The position numbers and the translations under genes were made by a program. Shown in pieces: positions 42,262 through 52,091 of a stretch of DNA of 64,000 nucleotides (position 1 is the first letter of the stretch; every line of letters starts with the position of its first letter). The notes beneath the pieces are model-generated. The model saw nothing but the letters and a program-made list of their open reading frames with translations. It had not been told where the DNA came from and searched no databases. The DNA comes from an uncultured Trueperaceae bacterium (GTDB taxonomy: Bacteria; Deinococcota; Deinococci; Deinococcales; Trueperaceae), in contig CAWCXJ010000012.1 of assembly GCA_963799485.1 (NCBI GenBank), forward strand, positions 32,001 through 96,000, read 5' to 3'.

Positions 42262-42549
42262 TCTAAAACCAGAGCCGGACCTTCGGTGAAGATGGCTCAC
42301 GACCGACAAACTGAGTGGTGGGGAGCACCCGGCGAGAAGTCTCGAGCCGTCAGCCGGGAACGAACATAGACTTGGAGTCAAGCAGGAAACGCTTGCAAAA
42401 GTGCGCGGTATCTAAGCAGGCGCGGTAGACAGTCGGGTGTACGCTTGCTAAAGCCCGCAGCAAAGGGTGCAATCACGACTTCGATGTGTTTGGGCAGTAC
42501 CGCTGTGCGGTGGTGTCCCGGCCCGCTGCCGAACGCAGCGGCAGCGGCA

Positions 42550-42583
42550 AAGGTGTTGCAAGGTATAAGGTGTTGCAAGGCAT
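42550..42583. repeat. 17-bp tandem repeat
   Basis: AAGGTGTTGCAAGGTAT AAGGTGTTGCAAGGCAT. Confidence 0.75.
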
Positions 42584-42746
42584 CTAGAAACCGAACTCGA
42601 GCGCGCAGACTATGAAACCAGGCGTCGGTACTCGGCCCGTCGGCCCGTTTAACCGCACATTCGGCTTTATGTACCTGAACAAGCTGGTTTGTCGCGGGGC
42701 GCTTTCTCGGTCGCGGCCCGCTGACGTAAACTGGAAAACTGTGAAT

Positions 42747-43856
42747 ATGCTGCCCGAACCCTTTGCCGAAGCCCAAACCTTGCCCGAAAGAGGCCGCGTT
42801 CTCTGCGCCATGTCGGGCGGGGTGGACTCGTCGCTGGCGGCAGCGCTCCTTAAAGAACAAGGCTACGAGGTGCAAGGTGCGATGCTGCGGTTCTGGCCCG
42901 ACGAGCGCCCTAAAGGTGCTTTCGACCTCTGCTGCAGCCCCGACGCGGCTTATGACGCTCGCCGCGTCGCCGATAAGGTAGATGTGCCCTTCTATCTACT
43001 CGACGCCAGGGAGCAGTTCGATGAGGTGGTTATCAGCCCGTTTGTACCGGCTTACGAAGGTGGGCAGACCCCCAACCCCTGCGTGTGGTGCAACCGCGAG
43101 ATCAAATTCGGGACGTTCTTGCACAAAGCGCGGCGGCTGGGCTGCGAGTTTGTTGCTACCGGACATTACGTAAAACGTATTGACGGCCCAAACAGCGTAG
43201 AACTTCACCGGGGGGCAGACGATTCCAAAGACCAGACCTACTTTTTGTGGGCCTTAAACCGGGACGTCTTGCCGCACCTGCTCTTTCCGTTAGGCGATAA
43301 AACCAAACCTGAAGTGCGTGAACTCGCCGAGGCCAGGGGCTTTATCACGGCGGACAAACCCTCGTCGCACGGGCTCTGTTTTATCACGAGCAGCGTCAAG
43401 GACTATCTGAGCGACTTCAGCACAAGCTCGCCGGGAGCTGTACTCGACGCGTCGAACGGTTATAAAAAGGTTGGGCAGCATAACGGCGTGCAGTTCTACA
43501 CCATCGGGCAGCGGCGCGGGCTGGGGATGTATCACTCACACCTCGAGCGCTTTGTGATCGAACTCCGCGCCCAAACAAACGAAGTCATCGTCGGCACACG
43601 CGAGATGTGTCACTGGCGGGGTCTCAGCGCCGAACAGGTCAACTTGTTGCTGCCTGAAGACGAGCTACCTGAGCGGGTGCAGGTGCAGACGCGGTATCGG
43701 CAAACCTCGGTTCCTGCGACGCTAAAGCTGGTGGGGGGGAGGCTCGAGCTGCGTTTCGACACCCCGATGTTCGCTGTTACCCTCGGTCAATCGGCGGTAA
43801 TTTACGACGGCCCGCGTCTTTTAGGCGGCGGCGTCATCAGCGAGCGCCACAGCTAA
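42747..43856 (+). CDS. mnmA: tRNA 2-thiouridylase
   Basis: AMSGGVDSS, TPNPCVWCN, ATGHY, KDQTYFL, YTIGQRRGLG, GQSAV. Confidence 0.96.
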   Translation: MLPEPFAEAQTLPERGRVLCAMSGGVDSSLAAALLKEQGYEVQGAMLRFWPDERPKGAFDLCCSPDAAYDARRVADKVDVPFYLLDAREQFDEVVISPFVPAYEGGQTPNPCVWCNREIKFGTFLHKARRLGCEFVATGHYVKRIDGPNSVELHRGADDSKDQTYFLWALNRDVLPHLLFPLGDKTKPEVRELAEARGFITADKPSSHGLCFITSSVKDYLSDFSTSSPGAVLDASNGYKKVGQHNGVQFYTIGQRRGLGMYHSHLERFVIELRAQTNEVIVGTREMCHWRGLSAEQVNLLLPEDELPERVQVQTRYRQTSVPATLKLVGGRLELRFDTPMFAVTLGQSAVIYDGPRLLGGGVISERHS

Positions 43857-43930
43857 AACCTGTAAAAAGCCGCACATCTTTTTCGCAGCCGCCTCGCTAC
43901 TTGCGCTAGACTAACCGCAGGAGGCCCGCC

Positions 43931-44479
43931 GTGCTGTGGATTGTACTTGCCGTGCTCGTTATCGTCGCCCTCGTCGGGGTCACGTTTTATAACCGTATCA
44001 CCGTCCTGGAAAACCGTATCAAAAACGCCTGGGCGCAGATCGATGTGCAGCTTAAACGCCGTAATGACTTGATTCCGAACTTGCTCGAGACCGTTAAAGG
44101 CTACGCGGCGCACGAGCGCGGGCTGTTTACCAAACTCGCTGAAGCGCGTGAACGCTCACTTCGGGCGACCACCGTCCCCGAACAAGCCGAAGCCTCGAAT
44201 CAGGTGACAAGCGCCCTGCGGAGCGTTTTCGCCGTAGCCGAAAACTATCCTGAACTTAAAGCCAACCAGAACTTTTTAGCGCTGCAAACCGAGTTGTCCG
44301 AAACTGAGGACAAAATCGCTTACGCGCGGCAGTTCTACAACGACGCGGTGCTGCAGTTCAACAATACCATTCAAACGGTTCCTGGCGTCTTCGTTGCCGG
44401 GCCGATGGGCAAAACGCCACAGGTGATGTTGGAAACGCCTGAAGCGGAGCGCGCCGTACCCAAGGTATCGTTCGGCTAG
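43931..44479 (+). CDS. lemA: LemA family protein
   Basis: N-terminal TM, QIDVQLKRRNDLIPNL, ENYPELKANQNF. Confidence 0.95.
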   Translation: MLWIVLAVLVIVALVGVTFYNRITVLENRIKNAWAQIDVQLKRRNDLIPNLLETVKGYAAHERGLFTKLAEARERSLRATTVPEQAEASNQVTSALRSVFAVAENYPELKANQNFLALQTELSETEDKIAYARQFYNDAVLQFNNTIQTVPGVFVAGPMGKTPQVMLETPEAERAVPKVSFG

Positions 44480-44497
44480 ACGCCGCAAAAATCCACT

Positions 44498-44535
44498 AAA
44501 AAACCCCGCGCTTAACGACTGGCGCGGGGTTTTTT
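44498..44535. terminator. Bidirectional intrinsic terminator
   Basis: AAAAAACCCCGCGC..GCGCGGGGTTTTTT between convergent lemA and rpsA. Confidence 0.9.
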
Positions 44536-44548
44536 ATTAAAAGCCGAG

Positions 44549-46822
44549 TTAGGCGGAAGGCTCTTTTTCTTCTTCGGGTTGGGTTTCTTCAGACGTCTCG
44601 GGGGTACTGGGTGCGGGACGTCTGCCTTGACGGAACGCGGCGGTCAGGAGCGCAGCGGCCTCGGCTGCGTCGATAGCGTTTTCCGGTTCCTCTGCAGGCT
44701 GCTGCGGTTGCGCCTCTGCTCGCGTGGGCGCTTGCCTTTGCTCTGTCTGCTCGGCCGGAGCCGGTTCAGCAGCCTGAGGTGCGGTGTCGGCTACTGGTGC
44801 AGAAACTTCTGCTGAGGTCGTGTCGGCGCTCGAGCTTTCACCGGCGCTATCGGCGCGGTTCGCCTGCGCCTCAGCCGGCTGGTTGTCGCTCAGACCGAAC
44901 TGGGCGAACAGGTCGGCGTACACGTCGCCAAGCTTGGTGGTGGTTTTGCTGCCGGCGTCGGCGGAAGCGTACGAGTAATCATAGTCGATGCCCTGGCTCC
45001 GGCGACCGCCACGGCGACCCCCTTTGCGGGCTCCACCACGGCTTTGCGGTGCGCCGAGCGGTGCGCCGCTCTCGTAGCTACCTTCGCCCGCGCTGTACGG
45101 CAGGGTGCGTTTACGCGACAAGCTTGCGCGCTGTTCGATAGGGTCGATGTTGAGGATGACCGCGGTAATCTCGTCGCCCTTGCTAAAGTGCTGCGAGATG
45201 TCCTCGATGTGTTCGTGAGCCAATTCGCTGATGTGAACGAGCCCTTCGATACCCTCTTCGATCTCCATAAAGACGCCGAAATCGGTCATCCCGGTAATCG
45301 GGCCGGTGACTTCCGTGCCGGGCGGGAAACGGTCGGGCAGGCTCGACCACGGGTCGGGTTGGGTCTGGCGAAGTCCTAACGAAATCCGCTGCTGCGGTAC
45401 GTCGATCTTCAAGACCATTGCCTCGACTTCTTGGCCCTCTTCGACAACCTCTTTGGGGTGCCGGACGCGTTTGGTCCAGCTCATCTCCGAGACGTGAATC
45501 AAGCCCTCGAGCCCCGACTCGATCTCGACAAACGCACCGAACGGTGTGATGTTGGTGACCTTACCGGAAACTTTTTGCCCAATTTGGAAGTTCGCCAGCA
45601 CGTTTTCCCACGGGTCGCCCTTCAGGGACTTCATCGACAAGTTGATGCGCTCGCGCTCCAAGTCCATGTCCATGACTTCGACCTGAACTTTTTGCCCGAC
45701 CTCGAGGACTTCGCGGGGGTGGTTGAAGCGGCCGTGGGTAATCTCGCTGCGGTGAACGAGGCCGTCGACGCCGCCCAAATTGACAAACGCGCCGAAGTCG
45801 GTGATTTCAACGACTTCACCCTCCAACTTCGCACCGGGCTCGAGCTTTTTGAGCGTCTCTTCTTTGACGCCTGCGAGTTCTTCTTCCATAATCGAGCGGC
45901 GCGAGATGATGACGCGGTTGCGGCGGCGGTTGAGTTCGATAATCCGCACGCGCATCCGCTGCCCGACATACGGTGCGAGATCGTTGATCCGCCGCACATC
46001 GACCTGACTCGCGGGTAAAAAGGCCCGCACGCCCAGGTTGGCGACCAAACCGCCGCGAACTTTCTCGACGATTTCGACCTCGACCGGCAGTTTTTTGTCG
46101 AAGATGTCTTGCAGGAGGTTCCACGCACGCTCCTGATCGGCCCGTTTTTTCGACAAGATGATGGTGCTGTTGGCGATATCGACGCGAATGGCGTAGACCT
46201 GAAGCTCGTCACCGGGTTTGAAGTATTTGGCGGCTTCAGCGGCGTCGGCTTCAAACTCGAAAAGCTGGTTGTAAGGCACCAAACCTTCGACTTTTTGACC
46301 CACGTCAACAACCAAGCCCTCTTGCGAGAGCATGATCACAGAACCGGTGGTGAGCATCCCGCGGTGAATCGGCTTACGGGCGAGCTGCTCGTCCGAGGCG
46401 GCCATGACTTCTTCCATGGTCATGCTCGAGCCGTCGTCGTCCTGACCGCGCGCAACTACACTTTTAGCGTCACCTTGAACATCGTCTTCAGCAGCGTCTC
46501 GAGTGTTGTCAGTTCGGGGCTCGGCTTGAAGGTCCGCCTGACTGTTCTCTGCGCCGGGTGCATCTTGGGGGGTAGCGTCCGCCGTCTCTGGAGTTGCAGC
46601 TGCGTCATCTGCCGAGGTCGGTTCCGTTTCGGCTGCTGTCGCGGGGTTTGTGTCGGCGTCGGCGTCCTCTGGAGTAGAAGATGCTGAGAAGGTTTCGGTC
46701 TCAGCCGACGCAGCGCTTTCACCCTGAGTGGGCGCGGCGGTCGGTGCCTCGGTCGAACCGGGGTTCTGGGCTTGGTCGGTGCCGGATTCAGGGTGTCCGG
46801 TCTGGTTTTCCTTTTGATCCAT
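44549..46822 (-). CDS. rpsA: 30S ribosomal protein S1 with long acidic N- and C-terminal extensions
   Basis: Repeated S1 domains ([20 protein letters not shown]); GGAGG RBS before ATG 46822. Confidence 0.95.
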   Translation of the reverse strand: MDQKENQTGHPESGTDQAQNPGSTEAPTAAPTQGESAASAETETFSASSTPEDADADTNPATAAETEPTSADDAAATPETADATPQDAPGAENSQADLQAEPRTDNTRDAAEDDVQGDAKSVVARGQDDDGSSMTMEEVMAASDEQLARKPIHRGMLTTGSVIMLSQEGLVVDVGQKVEGLVPYNQLFEFEADAAEAAKYFKPGDELQVYAIRVDIANSTIILSKKRADQERAWNLLQDIFDKKLPVEVEIVEKVRGGLVANLGVRAFLPASQVDVRRINDLAPYVGQRMRVRIIELNRRRNRVIISRRSIMEEELAGVKEETLKKLEPGAKLEGEVVEITDFGAFVNLGGVDGLVHRSEITHGRFNHPREVLEVGQKVQVEVMDMDLERERINLSMKSLKGDPWENVLANFQIGQKVSGKVTNITPFGAFVEIESGLEGLIHVSEMSWTKRVRHPKEVVEEGQEVEAMVLKIDVPQQRISLGLRQTQPDPWSSLPDRFPPGTEVTGPITGMTDFGVFMEIEEGIEGLVHISELAHEHIEDISQHFSKGDEITAVILNIDPIEQRASLSRKRTLPYSAGEGSYESGAPLGAPQSRGGARKGGRRGGRRSQGIDYDYSYASADAGSKTTTKLGDVYADLFAQFGLSDNQPAEAQANRADSAGESSSADTTSAEVSAPVADTAPQAAEPAPAEQTEQRQAPTRAEAQPQQPAEEPENAIDAAEAAALLTAAFRQGRRPAPSTPETSEETQPEEEKEPSA

Positions 46823-47279
46823 GTTGGGGGAGTTCCTCCTTGCCTGGTTTGTGGCAACATTCTTATTTAAGCACGAATCCCTGCGAGGTACAAGACTCGT
46901 GGTGCTCACTCCGGCCTGGCTTGACTGGCTGGGGATGACGTAACCACGGGCAAATACGGTGTGGGAGTGGGTGTCTTTCTAAGTGTAGCAGAATACGCGC
47001 GCTTTGCGTAGGGGTAGCTGACGAAAATTGACGGAAAAAATTGCTGGACGGAACCGGACGGAACACCGGTCTGCACTGATATGCCTGAGGCGGCTGAACG
47101 CGAGTCCCCGGTCCGTACCCGGAGCTGTGTTCAGACCCGTGCAAGCAGCCCCAAGTCAAACGCAACAAGCAGAAAACGCCGGAAAACTTTTAGCAAGGCT
47201 TGTGCCGAGGCGAGCGCGTCAGTGTGGGCGGCATAACAAAAGAGGCAGCCGCAGCTGCCCCTTAAGCCGATAAGCCGGT

Positions 47280-49460
47280 TTAAGCTGTGCGGCGCTGCGT
47301 TTTGACCGGCCTTTGACCCCGACGGTTTTGAAACCACACGACCATCGGCGCGAGGATAAAGATGCTCGAGTACGTCCCGAAACCGATCCCGATCAAGAGC
47401 ACCAAAGAAAAGTCGCGCAGCACGCTGCCGCCGAAAAAGAACAGTGCGAGTACGGGCAGCAGTGTAGTCAGCGAGGTCATCAGCGTCCGGGACAAGGTTT
47501 GGTTGACCGACAAATCGACCAACTCGCGGTAGTCCATCCCCTTGTGAACCCGCAGGTTTTCGCGGATACGGTCGGAAATGATGATCGAATCGTTGAGCGA
47601 GTAGCCGATGACGAACAAAATAGCCGCCAATACCGGGATGCTGAACTGGGCCCCGACGAGGGCAAGAATCCCCAACACGATACCGACGTCGTGAACCGTC
47701 GCAATCACCGACGCGACCGCCACAATCCAGTTCGGCCAGAAACGCCACGCCACGTAAACGAGAATCAGCAGTACCGCTACGAGTGCGGCGAGAATGGCGT
47801 TTTGCCGCAGGTCTTCGCCCACCGAAGGCCCGACGAAGTTGTTTTGCAACACCTCACCCCCGACCGCCGCTGCGAGCCTGTTCGCCAAGGTGCCGCTGTC
47901 GGCCTCGTTTTGGGTCTGCCCGACCCGCACCGAAATTTCTTTGCCTGCAATCGTCGTGTCCTGCACCTCTTGCACCGTCGCGCCCGCCCCGTCTATACCT
48001 GCAATGCCAAGCGTATCGATACCGCTCCGCACGTCGCTCACATTTACGGCGTCGGGAACGCTGAGGAGGATGTCGCTACCGCCGGTAAAGTCGGTAGACA
48101 AGTTGAGACCGCGTACAAAGACAAAGCCGAGCGAAACAACTGCCAGCACCAGCGAGAGCGTCATAATAACGGGCGCTTTGTTGACGAACTTGAGCCCCTG
48201 AATGTGAAAGCCTTTGGGCAAAAGGGGCCGCCGTGAACGTGCAAAGACCGTGTTAAGCGCAAACGGCACCATCACCGAGTTCATAAACACCGAGGCGACT
48301 GCGCCGATTGCCAGCGTGATGGCAAAGCCGCGTACCGGGCCGGTGGTGTACTGATACAAGGCCGCTGCTGCCAGCAAAATCGCCATGTGCGTATCGATAA
48401 TGGCCGGAATCGAGTGGCTGAACCCGGCTTTCATCGCCAGCCCCAGACCCTTACCTGCGCGCAACTCTTCGCGGATACGTTCGAACGAGATGATGTTCCC
48501 GTCGGCTGCCGCCCCAATCGTCAGAATCAGACCGGCGAGCCCCGGCAGCGTCAGCGTGGCGTTAAGACCCGAAAGAATACCCAGAATAAGGAGCATGACG
48601 TAAAAGAGACCGAAGACCAGAATACCGCCGAAGAGCGGCCCGTAGTAGAGAAACACGAGGACGACCACCCCGGCCCCACCGATGAGCGCGGCTTTGACGC
48701 CTGCGTTTACGGCGTCGCGTCCCAAAGTCGGGCCGACGGCGGTGACGCCTTCGGTGCGGAGCGAGATCGGCAGGCTGCCCGAGCGCAAAACGAGCGCTAA
48801 GTCGGACGCCTCCTCGAGCGTAAACTGCCCGGTAATCTGTCCGCTGTTACTGATGCGCTGATTGATGGTCGGGGCGCTCACCACGTTGCCGTCTAAAACA
48901 ATTGCCATACGGCGACCGACGGCTCCGCCGGTAAACTGCCCGAACGCCGCCGCGTCGCGGTTACGAATCTGAAAACTGACGAGGGGTTGGTTGAGCGTAC
49001 TAAACCCGGTCGAGGCGTTTTGCAACACTTCGCCGGTGAACGCGGCGGGCTCGAGGTCGGCCTCAGTCATCTCGGCGTCGGTTTTATTTACGGATGAGGG
49101 TTTAACAAGCCGGAACTCTAGCACGGCCTGCTGCCCGATCAGGTCTTGCGCGCGGTTTTGCTCTGCGGTCGTCAGACCCGGCAGCTCGACCAAAATGCGG
49201 TCGGTGCCCGACGTTTGAATAAGTGCTTCGGACACCCCGAATTCGTTGACGCGGTTTTCGATGACGCGGCGGGCCGCCTGCATATCTTCGGGGGCGGGGT
49301 TGGGCGTATCGGCTTGCAGCACGACGCGCAGCCCCCCCTGCAAGTCGAGGCCGAGTCTTAGGGAGGGGTCGCCGGAGGTGTCCCACGGCTTCCAGAGGTA
49401 GAGGATGGCGGCTAACAGGGCGGCGAGGACTAAAAGCCCGCGAAAGGCACGTTGGGTCAT
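47280..49460 (-). CDS. secDF: Fused protein translocase subunit SecDF
   Basis: LGLDLQGG, LRSGSLP, DFTGG, GYSLNDSIIISDRIREN, NQTLSRT. Confidence 0.96.
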   Translation of the reverse strand: MTQRAFRGLLVLAALLAAILYLWKPWDTSGDPSLRLGLDLQGGLRVVLQADTPNPAPEDMQAARRVIENRVNEFGVSEALIQTSGTDRILVELPGLTTAEQNRAQDLIGQQAVLEFRLVKPSSVNKTDAEMTEADLEPAAFTGEVLQNASTGFSTLNQPLVSFQIRNRDAAAFGQFTGGAVGRRMAIVLDGNVVSAPTINQRISNSGQITGQFTLEEASDLALVLRSGSLPISLRTEGVTAVGPTLGRDAVNAGVKAALIGGAGVVVLVFLYYGPLFGGILVFGLFYVMLLILGILSGLNATLTLPGLAGLILTIGAAADGNIISFERIREELRAGKGLGLAMKAGFSHSIPAIIDTHMAILLAAAALYQYTTGPVRGFAITLAIGAVASVFMNSVMVPFALNTVFARSRRPLLPKGFHIQGLKFVNKAPVIMTLSLVLAVVSLGFVFVRGLNLSTDFTGGSDILLSVPDAVNVSDVRSGIDTLGIAGIDGAGATVQEVQDTTIAGKEISVRVGQTQNEADSGTLANRLAAAVGGEVLQNNFVGPSVGEDLRQNAILAALVAVLLILVYVAWRFWPNWIVAVASVIATVHDVGIVLGILALVGAQFSIPVLAAILFVIGYSLNDSIIISDRIRENLRVHKGMDYRELVDLSVNQTLSRTLMTSLTTLLPVLALFFFGGSVLRDFSLVLLIGIGFGTYSSIFILAPMVVWFQNRRGQRPVKTQRRTA

Positions 49461-49619
49461 GAATCTAGGTCTCCAAAAGGGAAAAAGGGTTGAGGGATGT
49501 TTGCTTGGCTGGTTGACGTAATGTGTTGGGCTCGAGCCTCATCCTAAAATAGATATGAAAGCTGTATCCTTACCGAATTCAAGCACTGAAGCTGGGCCAA
49601 AACGTCGGTAGAAGCAGCC

Positions 49620-49973
49620 TTAGCCGCCCTCGAGCTGCCACTGCTGAAACATAGCGAGGTCGGTGTGGTTTACTTCTTGTAAAGCAAAAAGCAGCAGAAC
49701 AATATGCCAAGTCTGCCTAACGGCCTCTAAGTGACCTGTTGTCGGCAGCATGCCGAGTAAACGGCGTTCAGGAGTGCCGAACGTGACAGGGCGTGCGTGC
49801 GACTCTAGAAGCGGCGGCGGCGGCGCGTCCATCCCGGCGTGCGGCTCGCCCGGTTCACCGGCCTGTAAATTTTCAGAAACGCTGTAAAAGGGCAGCAGTA
49901 AAAAGCAACAAAAAAGGGTGCGAAGACTCCGGAAAGAGCCTTTCACACCGGTCGAAGTCCATACGCTCGTCAA
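49620..49973 (-). CDS. Small ORF upstream of secDF (signal-like N-terminus, C-terminus QWQLEGG)
   Basis: Open frame filling the infB-secDF gap; hydrophobic LFCCFLLLPF after basic residues (alternative GTG start 49946). Confidence 0.55.
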   Translation of the reverse strand: MTSVWTSTGVKGSFRSLRTLFCCFLLLPFYSVSENLQAGEPGEPHAGMDAPPPPLLESHARPVTFGTPERRLLGMLPTTGHLEAVRQTWHIVLLLFALQEVNHTDLAMFQQWQLEGG

Positions 49974-50011
49974 AACAGACTACTTTAGCACACCCTTACG
50001 GCGGTCGTGAA

Positions 50012-51784
50012 TTACGAAACCGGGATTTCCACCATATCGTAAACCTCGATGATGTCGCCTTCTTGCACGTTTTCGTAATTTTGCAGGTTGATACCACATT
50101 CAAATCCTGTGCCAACCTCGCGCACGTCGTCCTTAAAGCGGCGCAGCTGCGAAACCGTCCCCTTGTAGGCCTCTTTACCGTTCCGCAAGAGCCGCGCTTT
50201 GGCTCCGCGGCGGATGGTGCCGTCGGTGACGTACGACCCGGCGATGTTGCCGCTACGCGGGACGCGGATAACCTGCCGCACTTCGGCGTGTCCGATGACC
50301 TGTTCTTCAAACTCGGGTTCGATCTGACCCTTGATGAGACGCTGCACGTCTTCGATCAGCTCGTAGATGATGCGGTAGTTTTTGAGCGGAACGCCCTGAC
50401 GTTCAGCAGCTTTTTTAACGCTTCCGGGCGCAGCGACGCCGAAACTCATGATGCTCGCGCCTGCGGTCGAAGCCAGCAGCAAATCCGATTCGGTAGGCGC
50501 ACCTACGGCGTCCAACATAACCTCGACGTCCACTTCATCGACCTGCTCGGACTCTTTGGCGATGACGCCCTTGATGGCCTCCAAAGACCCCTGGGTATCG
50601 GCGCGTAAAATCAGGTTGATTTTGGTGACTTTGGGTTTGCCGAACAGGTCGGCCAGGGTCACACCTTTTTTGTTGCCTGCCTGCGCTTCTTCGTCTTCGC
50701 GGGCAGTGCGCCGCTCACCGACGAGCGCTTTGGCACTTGCTTCATCGGCAACGGCGACGATCTGGTCGCCGGCGACGGGTTGCTCGCTAAACCCCAAAAT
50801 CTGTACGGGCACCGACGGCCCCGCCTCGGTGATGGCTTTGCCGCTCTCGTCGGTCATGCGGCGGATTTTTGCCCAGACTTCGCCGGAGACGAGGTAATCG
50901 GCGACGTGAAGCGTGCCTTTTTGCACCAGTACGGTTGCCAGCACCCCGGCGCGTTTGTCTAGCACCGATTCGATGATAACGCCTTCGGCGTTGCCGCCCG
51001 TTGGTGCGCGCAAATCCTCGAGTTCCGCGACCAGCGAGATCATCTCTAACAGGTTATCTACGCCGTCGCCGGTTTTGGCGCTGATGGCGGCGGTAATGGT
51101 GTCGCCGCCGAAATCTTCGGGAACGAGCTCGAGGCGCATCAAATCCTGTTTGACCTTATCGACGTTCGCCTGCGGCAAATCGGTTTTATTAATCGCGACG
51201 ATGATTGGGACGCCCGCCGCTTTAGCGTGGGCGATGGCCTCACGACTTTGCGGCATGATCGAGTCGTCGGCGGCTACGACGATCACGGCGATGTCGGTGG
51301 CCGACGCGCCGCGTTGCCGAATCGTCGTAAACGCTTCGTGACCGGGGGTGTCCAGGAAGGTGATGAGCCCGCCCGGTGTTTCGGCCTGGTACGCGCCGAT
51401 ATGCTGGGTGATGCCGCCCGCTTCTTTGTCGGCGACTTTGGTTTTGCGGATGTAATCCAGGAGGCTCGTTTTGCCGTGGTCGACGTGGCCCATCACGGTC
51501 ACGACCGGGGCGCGGTGGGGCGCATCGGGGGCGGGGGCAGGTTTAACCTCTTCTTCCGGAACTCCTTCCGCCTCGGCTTCGGCGGCAAGTTCGGCGGCTG
51601 CTTCTGCTTCGGCGACGCCGCCCTCGTCTTGAACCAGTTGGCGGACGGTCTCGGCGACGTCTTCGTCTAGGCTGCTCGAGTGCGACTTGTAGCTGACGCC
51701 CAAATTATCGAGGTGTCCCAGAAGTTCCTTGGAGTCGATGCCCAGCTCCTTGGCGAGTTGATAAATCCTTATTTTTTCAGACAT
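50012..51784 (-). CDS. infB: Translation initiation factor IF-2
   Basis: GHVDHGKTSLLD, GGITQHIGAY, DTPGHEAF. Confidence 0.98.
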   Translation of the reverse strand: MSEKIRIYQLAKELGIDSKELLGHLDNLGVSYKSHSSSLDEDVAETVRQLVQDEGGVAEAEAAAELAAEAEAEGVPEEEVKPAPAPDAPHRAPVVTVMGHVDHGKTSLLDYIRKTKVADKEAGGITQHIGAYQAETPGGLITFLDTPGHEAFTTIRQRGASATDIAVIVVAADDSIMPQSREAIAHAKAAGVPIIVAINKTDLPQANVDKVKQDLMRLELVPEDFGGDTITAAISAKTGDGVDNLLEMISLVAELEDLRAPTGGNAEGVIIESVLDKRAGVLATVLVQKGTLHVADYLVSGEVWAKIRRMTDESGKAITEAGPSVPVQILGFSEQPVAGDQIVAVADEASAKALVGERRTAREDEEAQAGNKKGVTLADLFGKPKVTKINLILRADTQGSLEAIKGVIAKESEQVDEVDVEVMLDAVGAPTESDLLLASTAGASIMSFGVAAPGSVKKAAERQGVPLKNYRIIYELIEDVQRLIKGQIEPEFEEQVIGHAEVRQVIRVPRSGNIAGSYVTDGTIRRGAKARLLRNGKEAYKGTVSQLRRFKDDVREVGTGFECGINLQNYENVQEGDIIEVYDMVEIPVS

Positions 51785-52086
51785 TAAGCCCTCCTGTCCG
51801 GCTTGGTGCGCTGGTCTAGTTCATGGTCGTTGGTATGGGTACTGAATTGGTCGTTGAGAGAGCGGCATATCGCCTCCGTTTGGGCGCGGTAGCTGCGTCC
51901 GAGCCGTTTGGGTGTCCAGCACGCGGGGGTGTCTTCGCAGACCCAGCTGCCGCGTCCGGGGGCGCGGCGGGCCGGGTCGAGCGCCCACTTCCCCTGTTCG
52001 TCCCGGACGAGGCGCAAGAGTTCGGCCTGCGGGCGTACCCGGCGGCAACCGACGCAGCGGCGCAGCGGAATATGACCCCGTTTCAT
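51784..52086 (-). CDS. ylxR: YlxR/DUF448 RNA-binding protein
   Basis: PLRRCVGCR..LLRLV..PGRGSWVC; lies between nusA and infB. Confidence 0.88.
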   Translation of the reverse strand: MKRGHIPLRRCVGCRRVRPQAELLRLVRDEQGKWALDPARRAPGRGSWVCEDTPACWTPKRLGRSYRAQTEAICRSLNDQFSTHTNDHELDQRTKPDRRA

Positions 52087-52091
52087 CCGCG

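Noticed and set aside
47313..48236. Long antisense ORFs overlapping real genes (e.g. 47313-48236, 3421-4359, 49793-50608)
   Set aside because: Typical shadow ORFs of GC-rich coding DNA, with no motifs.
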